Assembly: GCA_030704615.1 (NCBI GenBank)
Contig: CM060734.1
Coordinates: 24,676,001-24,740,000 of the forward strand
DNA from: Takakia lepidozioides
Taxonomy: Eukaryota > Plantae > Bryophyta
Direction: 5' to 3'
Length of the DNA stretch: 64,000 nucleotides
Shown here: positions 48,301 to 60,491 of the stretch, piece after piece
How the letters are laid out: the number at the start of each line of letters is the position of its first letter
Numbering within the stretch: position 1 is the first letter of the stretch
Notes under the pieces: generated by a model
Databases searched by the model: none
What the model was told of the DNA's origin: nothing
Seen by the model: only the letters and a program-made list of their open reading frames with translations
Translations under genes and position numbers: made by a program

Positions 48301-49266
48301 TGGGTAACTGCTAGTTTCCTCTTCAATTGGTGTTGCTGACACTACACCACAGCAGATACCTCTTAAACAACTTAGGCCTTCCAGCCGCATCTCTGCAACC
48401 TGCTCCCACTCTAGGTGTGCAGCGAACAGGGTAGCTTCCTGCTCCTCATCCAGTCCTCCCCTCCAGTCATACTCTCTGACCCCTCAAGGTCTTCTCGTAG
48501 CAGGTAATCTACTAGATTTCTTAGTGGTAATTTGTATCTCGTGCATCCCATTATGCACAGTTAGTAACTGAGAATTCCAGTCATGGAATACCCTGGCCTG
48601 TTTCAGCCACGGACGTCCCAATAATAAGGAGTAAGCCTCCATGACTTCATCCATCTTCAACACAGTTACTGTGATCATAAAGATCATCTTCTGTATCTGT
48701 ATCTTAACTCCTCTTATCAATCCCAATGGCTGTACACTTCTTTGATCTGCCATTGTTACTGTAAATGGGGCTGGTTTCATGTTACTTAGACCAAGCTTCT
48801 TCCTTAATTGGTCTGTCATGATATTTACTCCAGAGCCTCCATCTATCAGTACATCAGTTATTTCTGTGCTTCCAATTCTCAATTGGATTACTGGCATAGA
48901 ATCATCAAAGTCCATGACTGTTTCTCGCCCTTCCGGCTTCACATTATAACTGGTCACCTTGCTGTTCAGGTCTGTGTTTCCTGTCTCCTGGGCAATTCGA
49001 TTGATTGCTTGATACAGCCTGTGTCTACAATAAGGTGCCATAGCCAATAGCTGTCCAATGGTAATTTCTGCTTTGGTCTGGCATATTACTTCAGCCAAAG
49101 TCCCTTCATTACTTTGCATGTCTGCAACTTCTTTCTTCCTTTCATCCTCACTCACTTCTTCTTCTCCATCAGAATCAGAGGAATCTGCCACAAGAATATC
49201 AGTACTCTTCTGCATTTCCCTTATGGTATCTGCCACTTCCTTGTGCAGTTCCTTCTCATCTCCCAA
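45340..49266 (-). pseudogene. Gypsy pol: protease, RT, RNase H, integrase
   Basis: LIDGGSGVN; FMDGFSGYNQ, MPFGLCNAPATFQR, FLDDF; HCDASG, ERE; HHCC (HKGVAGGH...CKTCDEC), WGLDF, SDQGSHF, GQAE. The GPY motif is interrupted by a TGA at 45448-45450 (WK*PY). An insertion of ca. 60 bp lies at ca. 47392-47452. Confidence 0.95.
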
Positions 49267-49597
49267 GCCTCATCATCTTCAGGCATATCACTGCCATCTT
49301 CATTATCATCATCTTCCTCAACTACTGGAGGTATAGTTTGGCTTTGCTTCTTGTTACTATCATTGTACTTACTTCTGGTACAACACATGGCCTAACCATG
49401 TGAGCTGCCACCACTGGGCCCTCATTCACAGGAGCTCTCATCTCATTCTGGTGTCTAGTCCAGAACAAACAGGCTGCCTTGTGATGTCCTGGCTGATTAC
49501 AATAGTAACACAGTTCTTCACCATTGGGTCCTCGCCCTTGGTCTGCTCTTGGATTATTTCTGTAATCCTGATCCCTGGCTGGTAATTCCCCCTTGGA

Positions 49598-51445
49598 TTA
49601 CCCTGATAGTTGCCTCTGGAATTTCCTTGGTAATTCCCTCTTGATTACCTCTCCCTTCCATGCCATTGTTATAATCACCAGGCCTACCATAGTGGTCCTG
49701 ATCATTGTTTCTTCTCGCTGGGGCTGGCAGCTGCCTTGATGCACCCTTATTTGTCTAGGTTCTCTCGCTGCGGTCCTTCTATTGTAGTAACAATTCTCAG
49801 TAGAATGTTTATCCATTTTACAGATAGTACAGTGTTTCTCCTTCATGTGGCATTCAGTGGTGGTATGGCCTTCATTTTGACACTTTGCACACCAAACACC
49901 CTTCCTCCAATGTGTTGCAGCCTCTGTAACATACTTCTTCAAGATTTCTTCTAATCTTTTCTCATAGTTATCCCTCTTCAACTTCTCCTTTCTCTTACTC
50001 TTCCTTTTCAGTTCTTGCTCTTCTTCTTCATCTGACTCATCCTCAGAGTCCTCATCATCCATTTTCTCTCTCCTGAGCATTCCCAATTGCTCAATTCTGT
50101 TTGCAGTTTCAAATGCCTCCTCCACTGTATTATGGGGTAACATATCCACTTTCTTCTGCAACTCTGGTCTTAGTCCACTCACAAACCAAGTCTTCTGTAA
50201 ACCTGGTGCTGGTACAGCAGCCAGTTTTTTCATCATCAATTCCATATTTTCCATATACTCCTCAACAGTTTCATGCTTCTTTTGCTTTAACTGTTGTAAA
50301 CTTCCATACACTTCATCCTCAGTTTTATTTGTCCTGAACCTATTTCGGAATGCTGTATTCAAGCCATTCCAGGTTAGGAAATGATTATCAGGGAATCTTG
50401 CATACCATTCACTTGCTTTCTTGATAAGTGAACAAGGAAACAATCTCATCTTGGCATCATCGCCCATTCTCATTGTTCACTATACACATGTGCTCAAATT
50501 GGCTAATGTGTACATTGGGATCCCCTTTTCCTGAATATATTGGAAAATGTGGTTTTGCCCGTGTTGGTTGTAACGCCATCTACGGCCCTACCTTCTGCCC
50601 ACTGACAGGTGCTGGCACCCTTGCTGGTGCTGGTCCTTGAGGACCTGTTGTAGTTGTGTGGATCTTCCACCAAGTGGTGGCCCCTGAGCACTCCTTGCTA
50701 CTGGCCCCACGATATTCACAGTATTCCCAGCTCCAATTGCACTACTTCCCACACTCCCTGTCCCCCCAGAGCCAGATCCAGGCAACCTGCCTGATCCCCC
50801 TGAGCCGACACCTTCGTTGGCCTGTGATCCAAGTGCTCCACTTGATCCAGGTCCAACGGGTTGGGATGTCCTGGTTGTAGTCTCAACCTCAGCTGTTAGG
50901 TCTACTTCTTCATACTCTTCCTCTTCCAATTTCTTTTCTCTGTTTTCATCCTCCAAGTTCTGCCCTTGGGTTTCTTCTTCACTCATGTAACTCAACTGCA
51001 ACGGTGTTAGAGAGTCTGAACTCTCCGTTGGCTCTGCCACATCCTCTCCTCCTTCTTCACCTTCCGCTTCAGAAACTGGAGTTCCTGCTTTTGGTGTTCC
51101 ATGCCAACTCTTATCAAAGATTTCTGTCAAATCTTTTATCCAGGGATGTACCTCAGCTCTTTCACCTCGTGATTGATCTTCTTCCCGTACCAATTCCCTT
51201 AATCTTTCTTGCAAAGAAAAAGAAGGAGTGACATCCAACTCTAGTTCTTCCGGTATGGGTGTACTCTGTGATCTTAATGGTGTGAGAGGTCCAGATGATT
51301 CCCCTATGTCTATTCCTCTCTCCCAAAGATATGGATAATTAGCTTTCAGATAGCTTTCTCTTTTTGCTGAATATCTCTGGAGTCTAGCTTCTCTTTCATC
51401 ACTCATGTCCATGTCTTTCATTTCTTTTAATGTGGCAATAACCAA
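49598..51445 (-). pseudogene. Gypsy gag with two CCHC knuckles
   Basis: Retrotrans_gag-like LFPCSL...ASEWY...LKQKKHETVEEY; CAKCQNEGHTTTEC and CTICKMDKHSTENC; frameshifted N-terminal part. Confidence 0.88.
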
Positions 51446-52122
51446 AACTCTCTTCTGTAATATCTCTCGTATATGCCTGGGTTTCTTTCAAGCTTCAATG
51501 CACCCTTGGCTATACTAGAAGTCTCCGTTACCATATAACCATATGGCAAACAAGTCTGGAAAGTTGTTCTTGGTGTGAGTTTGATCCACAAAATATCCTT
51601 TGGAATCCAATTTCTTACCAGTACAAGCTCTTCATGCATATGAGTATAAACATTCACCTTTCTTTCCTCCCAGCCTTCAAACTCTACTCGCTTAATGGAT
51701 AACAATGCTATCACGTAAACCAGTGTTGGTAACCAACGTGCTCTTCCTCTACAGGCCACCTGATAAATCTTTATCACTCCTTTCTCCAGACCCCATTTAG
51801 GGTCAGCATCATGCACTCTTTTAAGAATGTTTTCTTTACAACCGTCTGGCAATTCCAAGAACCTTTGAAAGAATCTTTTGGACAATCTTTCATTCTCGGT
51901 TTCACAGGGAATTTGATTCACATCAAATTCTTTAATTCTCCATCCACCATGATCCCACCAGATGCCTGTCACATCTGGTTGTTCATGACCCAGTCTCCCA
52001 GTACGGTCGCCAAATGTCGAGCGGCTTTTACTCACCCATCCCTTCGCTATCCGAGGTGGGAACTCCAAGATAGAAGAGTTGGAAATCTCTAAGCACTCAG
52101 CCCGCTCAGAACAATCAGTCAT
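51427..52122 (-). CDS. Extra 5' ORF upstream of gag (231 aa; begins inside the 5' LTR)
   Basis: Open frame spanning LTR end, PBS and leader, overlapping the start of the gag N-terminal ORF; no recognised motif. Confidence 0.4.
   Translation of the reverse strand: MTDCSERAECLEISNSSILEFPPRIAKGWVSKSRSTFGDRTGRLGHEQPDVTGIWWDHGGWRIKEFDVNQIPCETENERLSKRFFQRFLELPDGCKENILKRVHDADPKWGLEKGVIKIYQVACRGRARWLPTLVYVIALLSIKRVEFEGWEERKVNVYTHMHEELVLVRNWIPKDILWIKLTPRTTFQTCLPYGYMVTETSSIAKGALKLERNPGIYERYYRREFWLLPH
51996..52012 (-). other. Primer-binding site (probably tRNA-Arg)
   Basis: Minus strand TGGCGACCGTACTGGGA 2 nt inside the 5' LTR boundary, resembling the TGGCGAC-type PBS of Tat/Ogre elements. Confidence 0.75.
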
Positions 52123-52994
52123 GACCTACAGCTAGTGTATCATGGGGGTGTTTCCTATTTGTACTCCTTCTCACATTCATGTTAACGAGTTACCTTACTA
52201 TCTGCAATTAAATATCAGTTTGCTTCAGAAATCTATCAAGTTCCATCCATTCATTCCACAGCTTCACTCAGGTCTCTCTACACAGTGTGAGTATGAAGTA
52301 TGTATCAGATTAATATCTATCAAGTATCAGGCTGAAGCCATGGTGTCTCTAATCTACTTGGCATTACAATTCTACAGCTTGCATTCATCAAGTAACAACA
52401 GATCGTCACTTCCCTTACTCAGAGATGTGCTCTCCCTTCTATTTCCCCAAGCCCTGATGTCCGAAATCCCCTCCCGTGAAGTGATGTCTCGACGTCCCCG
52501 CTCTTCGCTTTTTCTACCTACAAGCTGTTCTAACCGCTTTCCTAACTAACCGTCATCCCTGTAGTACACGTTCCTTTTTTCAGATGTCGTTCCCCACCGT
52601 CGTTCCCTACCAATGATAACTGTTCCCCAGCTGTGCCGAGCTGTGACTGGCTGTATCAGGCTGTGGCGGGCTGTGACTGGCTGTGTCGGGCTGTGTAGGG
52701 CCGTGCGAAGCTGTGGCGGCTGTATCGGGCTGTGACTGGCTGTGTTGGGCTGTGTCGACTGTGCGAAGCTGTGACGGCTGTGTCTGACTGTGACGGGCTG
52801 TGACGGGTTGTGTTGGACTGTGACGGGCTGTGACGGCTGTGTCGGGCTGTGATGGACTGTGTCGGGCTGTGTATCTTCCCCCTAAAGCCTGTTGCTATCA
52901 CCCCTAAGGCTCATGTTGGTCTCAGTCTGTGTAAAAATTAAGGGTACCCCACAGATCCCGTAAAAGCGTCTAAGTCCCAAGCAGCCCTCTAACA
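52015..52994 (-). repeat. 5' LTR (980 bp)
   Basis: Matches the 3' LTR; contains a 10-bp-period GGCTGTG repeat at ca. 52628-52870. Confidence 0.96.
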
Positions 52995-55028
52995 ATTGTT
53001 CATGGAGATATTCCTCGATGACTTCTGTGTCTATAGCGATAAGACCACCCATGCGGAGATGTTGGAGTTGTGCTTCCGGAAGTGTCAAGAGTATGGTTTC
53101 TCTTTGAATGTAGGTAAATGCCAATTCTTGGTTACAAAGGGGAAGCTATTGGGCCATATCGACTCTATTCGCGGTATATCGACTGATCCCACTAAGGTTG
53201 AAATTATTATCCAATTACCCACTCCCACTACAGTAACGGAGATACGGGCGTTTCTTGGGCATGTTGGTTACTATTGCCGCTTCATCCGTCGATATGTTGA
53301 GATTGCTTTACCTCTGAAACAATTACTAAAGCACGATGCAGAGCCGCAATGGACGCGAGAGTGTCAATGCTCCTTTAATGAATTGAAGGGACGATTGATA
53401 AAGGCACCGATCTTGATTTCCCCTGATTGGAATAAGGAGTTTAAGGTATATGTTGACGCCTCAAATTATGCAATTGGTATTGTGTTGAGTCAGAAGGATG
53501 AAAAATCCTTTGATCATCCAATTTATTTTGCGAGCCGTCAATTGGCTACTGCATAAGTAAATTATACTACCACTGAAAGGGAAGGTTTGGGCATGATCTA
53601 TTCGGTTCAAAAGTTTCGCCATCATCTATTGGGATACCCCTTTGTTTTTCACGTGGATCACAATGCATTAAAGTATCTTATAAATAAACCTCACTTGAGC
53701 GGACGAGTGGCTCGATGGGTTATTTTGTTACAAGAGTTTACTTTCAAAATCGTGGTTCGCCCTGGGCGCAAACATGCCAATGCCGATCACTTAAGTCGCC
53801 TATCGAAGGAAGTAGGAGAAGAGCCGATAGACGATTCATTTCCCGACGCTGCTCTTTTTGTGATTGATGTTGTGACAGGGGAATACGCCCTTATTTTTAA
53901 TTATTTGTCATTACAACAATTCCCTGAAGAGTACACTGAAAAACAGAAGCGTCGATTGGTTGAAAAATCGGCCCCGTACACAATTATTGGAGAAACTTTA
54001 CGCCGATTCTTGCGGTGGCCATTTTGCTGGGACCGGCCGAAAGGTCTATCGGGGTATTGGTGGCCCACACTATTTAAAGATGCTTTTGCTTATGTGCGTC
54101 GTTGTGATGCATGTCAACGAGTGGGAAAGCCGATTCGTTCTAGTTCAATGCCATTGGTTCCTATCTTGGCTCAGGCACCCTTTGAGAAGTGGGGCATCGA
54201 TTTTGTTGACCTATCGCTCCTGCTTCTTGCAATGGTCAAAAACGATATATTCTTGTAGCAACAGAATACGTGACTAAATGGGCAGAGGCAATGGCCACCC
54301 GTACCGATACTGCCAAAATGGTCGCTCAATTTCTGTACGAAAATATTATTACGCGATTTGGATGCCCTCGCAAACTGGTGAGCGATCGTGGCACACATTT
54401 CTTAAATTCTACCATTGAACAATTGACTGCTAAATATGTCATCAAGCATCGTAAAACTACACCCTATCATCCCCGCGCTAACGGGCAGACGGAGAAGACC
54501 AATGGGCCATTATGTGGAATTTTGACTAAAACTATTTCCGAAGCTGGTACCGATTGGGATGCCTTTTCAACTTGTTTATGGACATGAGGCGATTTTGTCT
54601 ATCGAGTTGGAGATACCATCTCTCCGTATTGCTATCGAAGAGCGTCTAGGCGATAGTGCGTCCCTATCGGCTCGTCTGTTGCAGCTGGTTAAATTGGATG
54701 AACTTCGTCGACAGGCGTTACAAACGGTGCCATCATTAGTTGGTTAGAGTGCCGCCGCCGTTTGGGTATATGAATGGGCCCGCAACTTTACATATTCAGG
54801 TCATGCATCCAAGCAAGCAACTTGGGCATGACAAAACAGATTGCAGCAATTTACCATACCAGTCATAAATATACCAAGTCATGCACAAAGCAGGGCATCT
54901 TGGGTATGCGAGACTAGCCTGTTACTTTACAGATTCAATCATGCACTTCAAGCAAGCATATTGGGTACCCGAGACCTGGCCCTCTTGGCCAATAATTTTA
55001 TCAAGATATGCACTGTCCCTAGTTATCA

Positions 55029-56090
55029 TTCCTGACGTGACGTGGCGCTGACACGTCGGCCGTCACGTCTGACGTGCGTCACGTCACGTCGAATCCGGAC
55101 GTTTACCTATGTATTTTTTTTTACATTTGACTTTTACGATTTATTTCTACCATTTCTAATGACATGGCAGCCACGGTGTAAAACAGACGTGTTCAATTAT
55201 TAATATTTATTAATTTATTTTGAAAAATGCGTCCGCCTATAGTGGCGGTTGCATATAATTTATTATTATTTAAATGGAGTGACCGCCCATATTGGCGGTC
55301 GTTTGTAATTTAATATTTTGTTAAATTAAGCAACCGCCTATATTGGCGGTCGCCGGTAATTTATTAATTTTTAAATGAAGCGACCGCCCATATTGACAGT
55401 CGCTTGTATTTTATTATATTTTAAAATAAGCGACTGCATATATTGGCGGTCGGTTGAAGTTTATTATGTTTTAAATGAAGCGACCGCCCAGATTGGCGGT
55501 CGTTCGCAATTTATTATATTATATTATATTATATTATATTATATTTTTAATATATTTTTAATATATTTTATAAAAATACAGCAACCGCCATGTGGCGGTC
55601 GCTTTAGTTTTTTTTTAAAATTTAGCGACAGCCATTTAGCAGCGGTCGCTCATTTTTATTTTGATTTTTAAATAAAGCGACCACCGTTTGGCGGTCGCTT
55701 CTTTAGTAATTTTTTGAAAAATGTAGTGACCGCCATTTGGCGGCCGTCGCTTCTTAAATTAAGCGACCGCCGTTTGGCGGTCGCTTACTTAATATATTTT
55801 TTAAAATGAAGCGACCACCATTGAGAGGCGGTCGCTTATTTTTATTTTGAATCTTGAATTAAGCGACCGCCAGTAGGTGGTCGCTTATTTAATATATTTT
55901 TTAAAAATGCAGCGACCACCATGTGACGGTCGCTCTTCTTGTTTTTATAAATATAGCGCGCCATGCGGCGGTCGCGTGTTTTTTATTTTTTTGGAAATCC
56001 AGGGACCCGCCGTGTGGCGGTTTAAAAAAATAAATAAATCATGGAGCGGCGCCTGACGAGCCACGTGGCTAGGTGCCACGAGTCAGGAAA
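55029..56090. mobile_element. AT-rich foldback/MITE-like element with a palindrome array (AAGCGACCGCC-N3-5-GGCGGTCGCTT)
   Basis: Over 12 hairpin copies at 55228-56022 separated by AT-rich spacers; inverted TTCCTGAC...GTCAGGAA ends with ACGT-rich subterminal sequence. Confidence 0.7.
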
Positions 56091-56909
56091 AACGAAACAA
56101 ATGGGAGGGGGGGGAGGTGGTTTTGAACCCTTGACCTCTCCCATGTGAGAGCGCGTGGCGAGGCGCCATTGGCCTGTAGCGCATTTTCAAGCATAATGCA
56201 TTTTTTTTTGGGGGGGGGCTGGTGGGCGCCTATATAAACCATTCCCCCCTCTTTTTTTGATCACTTTTGCACCTCTCGTGGTGCGGTTCCTTGGCATCCT
56301 GTAGTCCTTTCGGACTTCGTTGCTTGGCACTGCCAATGGGAGGTGCAAAGGTGATTATTTTGGGGGGGGGGGGGGGGGGGGTTGTCGGTTTTGTATTGGT
56401 CAGTCCCACACCCTTGTTCACGGTCCATTCATCGTATCACCATTTTGCCGTTTTTGGATCTCCGGCGACCTGTTTTTTTGCAGAAACTACGAAGACACCA
56501 TCCACACGCGTCCATTGCCGTTTTCTGAGGTTTTGTCCCCTGTAGTGGGCAAAGGTTTATACAATGTCGGGGTTTGTGAATTCAAGTTCTGAGGCGGGGT
56601 TGTCTGGGGGTCGGAGGAAGAGAAAACGTGCCCACGAGCGGGATAGCCAGGTCAACAAGTCAGACTACCCGGGACCGGATGCCTTAGATAGGGTGAAAGA
56701 AGTGGTGGTGGATTATTTCAAGGGTAGGGAAAAATGACGAATGCTTTGGCGGGGGTTAAGTGGACGGCGGAACAAGCCGAAGTTCAATCAGTGGATCCAA
56801 AGCAGGGCGAAAGACGCCACGTGGAATTTAAGGTAGCTAATGAAGACATGGAAGGGTAGAACAACCGAGGGTCGAGTGCCCTCCATCGAAGCCGAGTTAA
56901 TGCGGCGGT

Positions 56910-59900
56910 AACTATCGCCCCATTGCACTGGCCAACACCATATACAAGCTATTCACAAGTACGCTCACCACCATGCTTTCTGCTTATGGGAAGCAACACC
57001 GCATACTCAGCAACCCACATGAGGGCTTCAGAGCCACACACAGTACAACCAGACAAATACAATACGTCATCTCCGCACTAGAAGATGCTAAGCTTACAAA
57101 ACAAGACATTTATCTTCTTTATATTGATTTTAAGAATGCATTTGGCTCCCTCGACCATGGACGTTTACTTGCCATCGCGACAGACCTGGGATACCCCATA
57201 GATGCCATCGAGCTTATTGGTAACATTTATACGAATAGCACCACGGAATATACGGGAGCTTACTACGGCTCCACCCCCCCATCCCAATCCTACGAGGCAC
57301 CATCCAAGGTGACACCCTCAGCCCTTACCTATGTATAATTTTTTTAGAACCCCTCCTCAGATGGCTTGCCCGTGGAAAGTTAGGATACCACTACAAAACC
57401 TCCTCCAGTGATATCTCCGCAGCCGCTTATGCAGATGATCTCGCCATCCTCGCTCATAAACCACAACACCTAAACCGACAAGTCACCAAATTGCATCGCT
57501 TCAACCTGTGGTCACGTATGGAACTCAGCCTCCACAAATGTGCCATCACTGCGGCCCCATACCATAGCCGACTCACCAAATCTGCCATTGCTTCCCACTG
57601 TAAATTCTATGTCAACTATCAAAACAAACCATTCCCCTTTCTTGGCCCAGATGAACCATACACATATGTCGGCATACAGTTGGTACCCTCCCTTACTTGG
57701 CACGTCCAAAAAACTTATACTACCACCAAACTGATGAACAAAAGTTTGGCCCTTCTCAAATGATCCCCAATTGCCATTAGACCTAAACTATCCATCATAC
57801 AATCAGTACTCAAAACCCAAGTCCAATACTCATTACATGCTACACCTTTCTCCTTACCAGACATAAGAAAACTTGACAAAAATATTGTCCAGCTCACAAA
57901 ACGGGTATGCGGCCTACCAACTAGCACTCCTAATGCCCTTACCCAACTTCCCACCGACTGCTACGGGATCGGATCTAGCCCCCTAATCATCTCCTATGCC
58001 CGCACACTTGGCACACAAATAAAAGAAGCCCTTAATGATCCAGGCCGTTTAGGTATCATCTATCAAAGACTCCTCAAATTTCTTGCCCTCAAGTACAATG
58101 GATTATACTCTCTCCCGTCACTACATCCACAGGCCTGCTTGCACTCCCCTACTGCACGTACATTGCTCATTTTACGACAAATGAACATTAGTATACAAAC
58201 CGATCTGCCAAACTATCCCAATATCTCATGAATCACAGAACGAGCTTGGCTCACCAGCCCATTCCTCTCCCAACTTAATAACTCTCACCCTAAGCAAAAA
58301 ACCCCTAGCCTTTCCTACTTACGAGAGTGCCACATTACCACTCTTACCCAAATCACCACCACAACTGGACACAGACTCCTCACACCTAAGGAATTCACCC
58401 TCAAACACTCCAGAGCCACAACCAAAACCTGTCGATACCTACACTTCCTTCGCACCCTATTTTGCCACCCCTCCCCCTCATGTACTCTTGACTATAGAAT
58501 TCCCTCCCCATACTTCCCACACACTCCCCAAGATCTACTCCCCCAATACCGATCAGATCCCGCACCCTCCATTCTCCAAAAGCTTAAAACAACATACGTC
58601 AATAACGACAATGTCCCCCCCGTCCCTACCCCCCAACACCAACTACCACACCACCATCACCCCACACCAAATCAAGATAGCTGCCAAAATACCTCTACCA
58701 CCTCTAACTCGCCAAACACAACCCTCCTCTCACAACCACTACCAACACCACCTCCCACTACCCCACCACACAACTCTGAAAATCCAGATGCCTACGTTAT
58801 TGAAGCTATCCTAGGCATAAAAACCCAAACGTCGATTGATTCCTTCGGAGCCACATGTTTAGATACCTATTACCATTGCAAATGGGCCGGATACCCCTCC
58901 GAAGACAACAAATGGCAAATAGAGGATGATCTTTTCGGCTCCCATGATGACTGTGACCCCGCACACAACCTCACCTTCTTGACCACCTTTCACAAACTTA
59001 CCAACACCAACTTTCTCACTCATATCCATCAACAACATGCTTCTCCCATTCAACCCATGGACAAGCGATTCATACACAACCCAATACAGGCCCCTAATCT
59101 CCATATCTGCATAACAGAATGCAACCCTGACAAAGACATCAATCACAACCCCCCCATGATTTGCATGGGCCCCCGCTTCTCTAATATACACGCCAAGTAC
59201 GGTCGTTTCATTGGCTTAATCCCTAATACCCATTTAAAATGGTTATGGAAAAAATACTCCACCACACACACTCAACTGACATCCCTATAACCTCCCAAAC
59301 AAGACTTCGCTACCGAAATCAATTGGTTAGTAGAGCGATACCTCAAAGACACCCCCCCCCCCCCGAAAAAACCACGTTCTCCAAACCGACTGACACAGGC
59401 ATGTGCTCACAGTACCCTCCCCCAAGACATACTTACACTGCTTATTAACTCATTTCAACTCACTCATTCATACTACTCCAGCCCCCTTACATGCCCCATG
59501 GAACTAACCACATATGCCAGCCCACGCACGCCAATGACGCTACCGCGTGAGCCTGGCGTGTGAGCGTACGCTCACACAATGGTGATGTGGCGTGAGCCCA
59601 CCCAAGGTCGTGCCACGTCACCACAAAGATGGTGGGCCTATAACCGTGGAGCCTATAACTGTGGGATTTCACCACCTGAAGGTGAGATGGGTTAAGGGTT
59701 TAGGGCGTCCGCAGAGATCAACCTTGTGTTAACACGAGGTTGATTTCAGAGAACTTGAAATGAACCTTGTATTAACACGAGGTTAATTTCCTAGAACTGA
59801 AATCAACCTTGTGTTAACACTAGGTTGATTTCAAGTTCTCGAAATCAACCTTGTATTAACACGAGGTTGATTTCCGAGAATGTTCATTTGAATGTGACTT

Positions 59901-60454
59901 GATATGTTCGCAAATGACCAAATGAGTTTGAGGAATGAATGCAACAAATGGTAGACGCACGCACAACACGATTGATGACGTGACATACACCGACAGACAT
60001 ACGACTTCATTTTATTTTATTCTCCCTGGGGGGTGATGCAAATCAACCTTGCGATGACGCAACCTTGATTTGAGAATGAAAGCATCATTATTTGAAGATT
60101 TGTTTTTTTTTTTCCTTCCCTGGGTGTAATGCAAATCAACCTTGCGTTGACGCAACCTTGATTTGAGAATGAAAGCATCATTATTTGAAGATTTGTTTTT
60201 TTTTCCTTCCCTGGGTGTGATGCAAATCAACCTTGCGTTGACGCAACCTTGATTTGAGAATGAAAACATCATTTTTTGAAGTTTTTTTTTTTTTTTTCCC
60301 TCCCTGGGGAGTGATGCAAATCAACCTTGCGTTGACGCAACCTTGATTTGAGAAATGAAAGCATAATTTTTTGAAGATTGTTTTTTTTTTTCCCCTCCCT
60401 GGGGGGTGATGCAAATCAACCTTGCGTTGACGCAACCTTGATTTGAGAAATGAA

Positions 60455-60491
<37 letters not shown>

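Larger units (their letters stand above)
39675..52994 (-). mobile_element. Full-length Ty3/Gypsy LTR retrotransposon (13.3 kb, non-chromovirus type)
   Basis: Two near-identical TG...CA LTRs; 5-bp TSD ATTGT (39670-39674, 52995-52999); PBS, PPT; gag-PR-RT-RH-INT order. Confidence 0.97.
38480..54730 (+). mobile_element. Old degenerate Ty3/Gypsy pol (RT-RNaseH-INT) split by two insertions
   Basis: RT start FAWNYTDLRGVPPEICQHRI...YSFLDGFSGYNQ (to 39009); resumes ITIAEEDRAKTTFT (39607-39674); resumes again FMEIFLDDF at 52996; then RNase H YVDASNYA and integrase WGIDFV, SDRGTHF, NGQTE. Confidence 0.9.

Noticed and set aside
55228-56022. CRISPR-like or REP-like array
   Set aside because: Repeats are degenerate, spacers are low-complexity AT-rich sequence, and the array lies in a MITE-like element.
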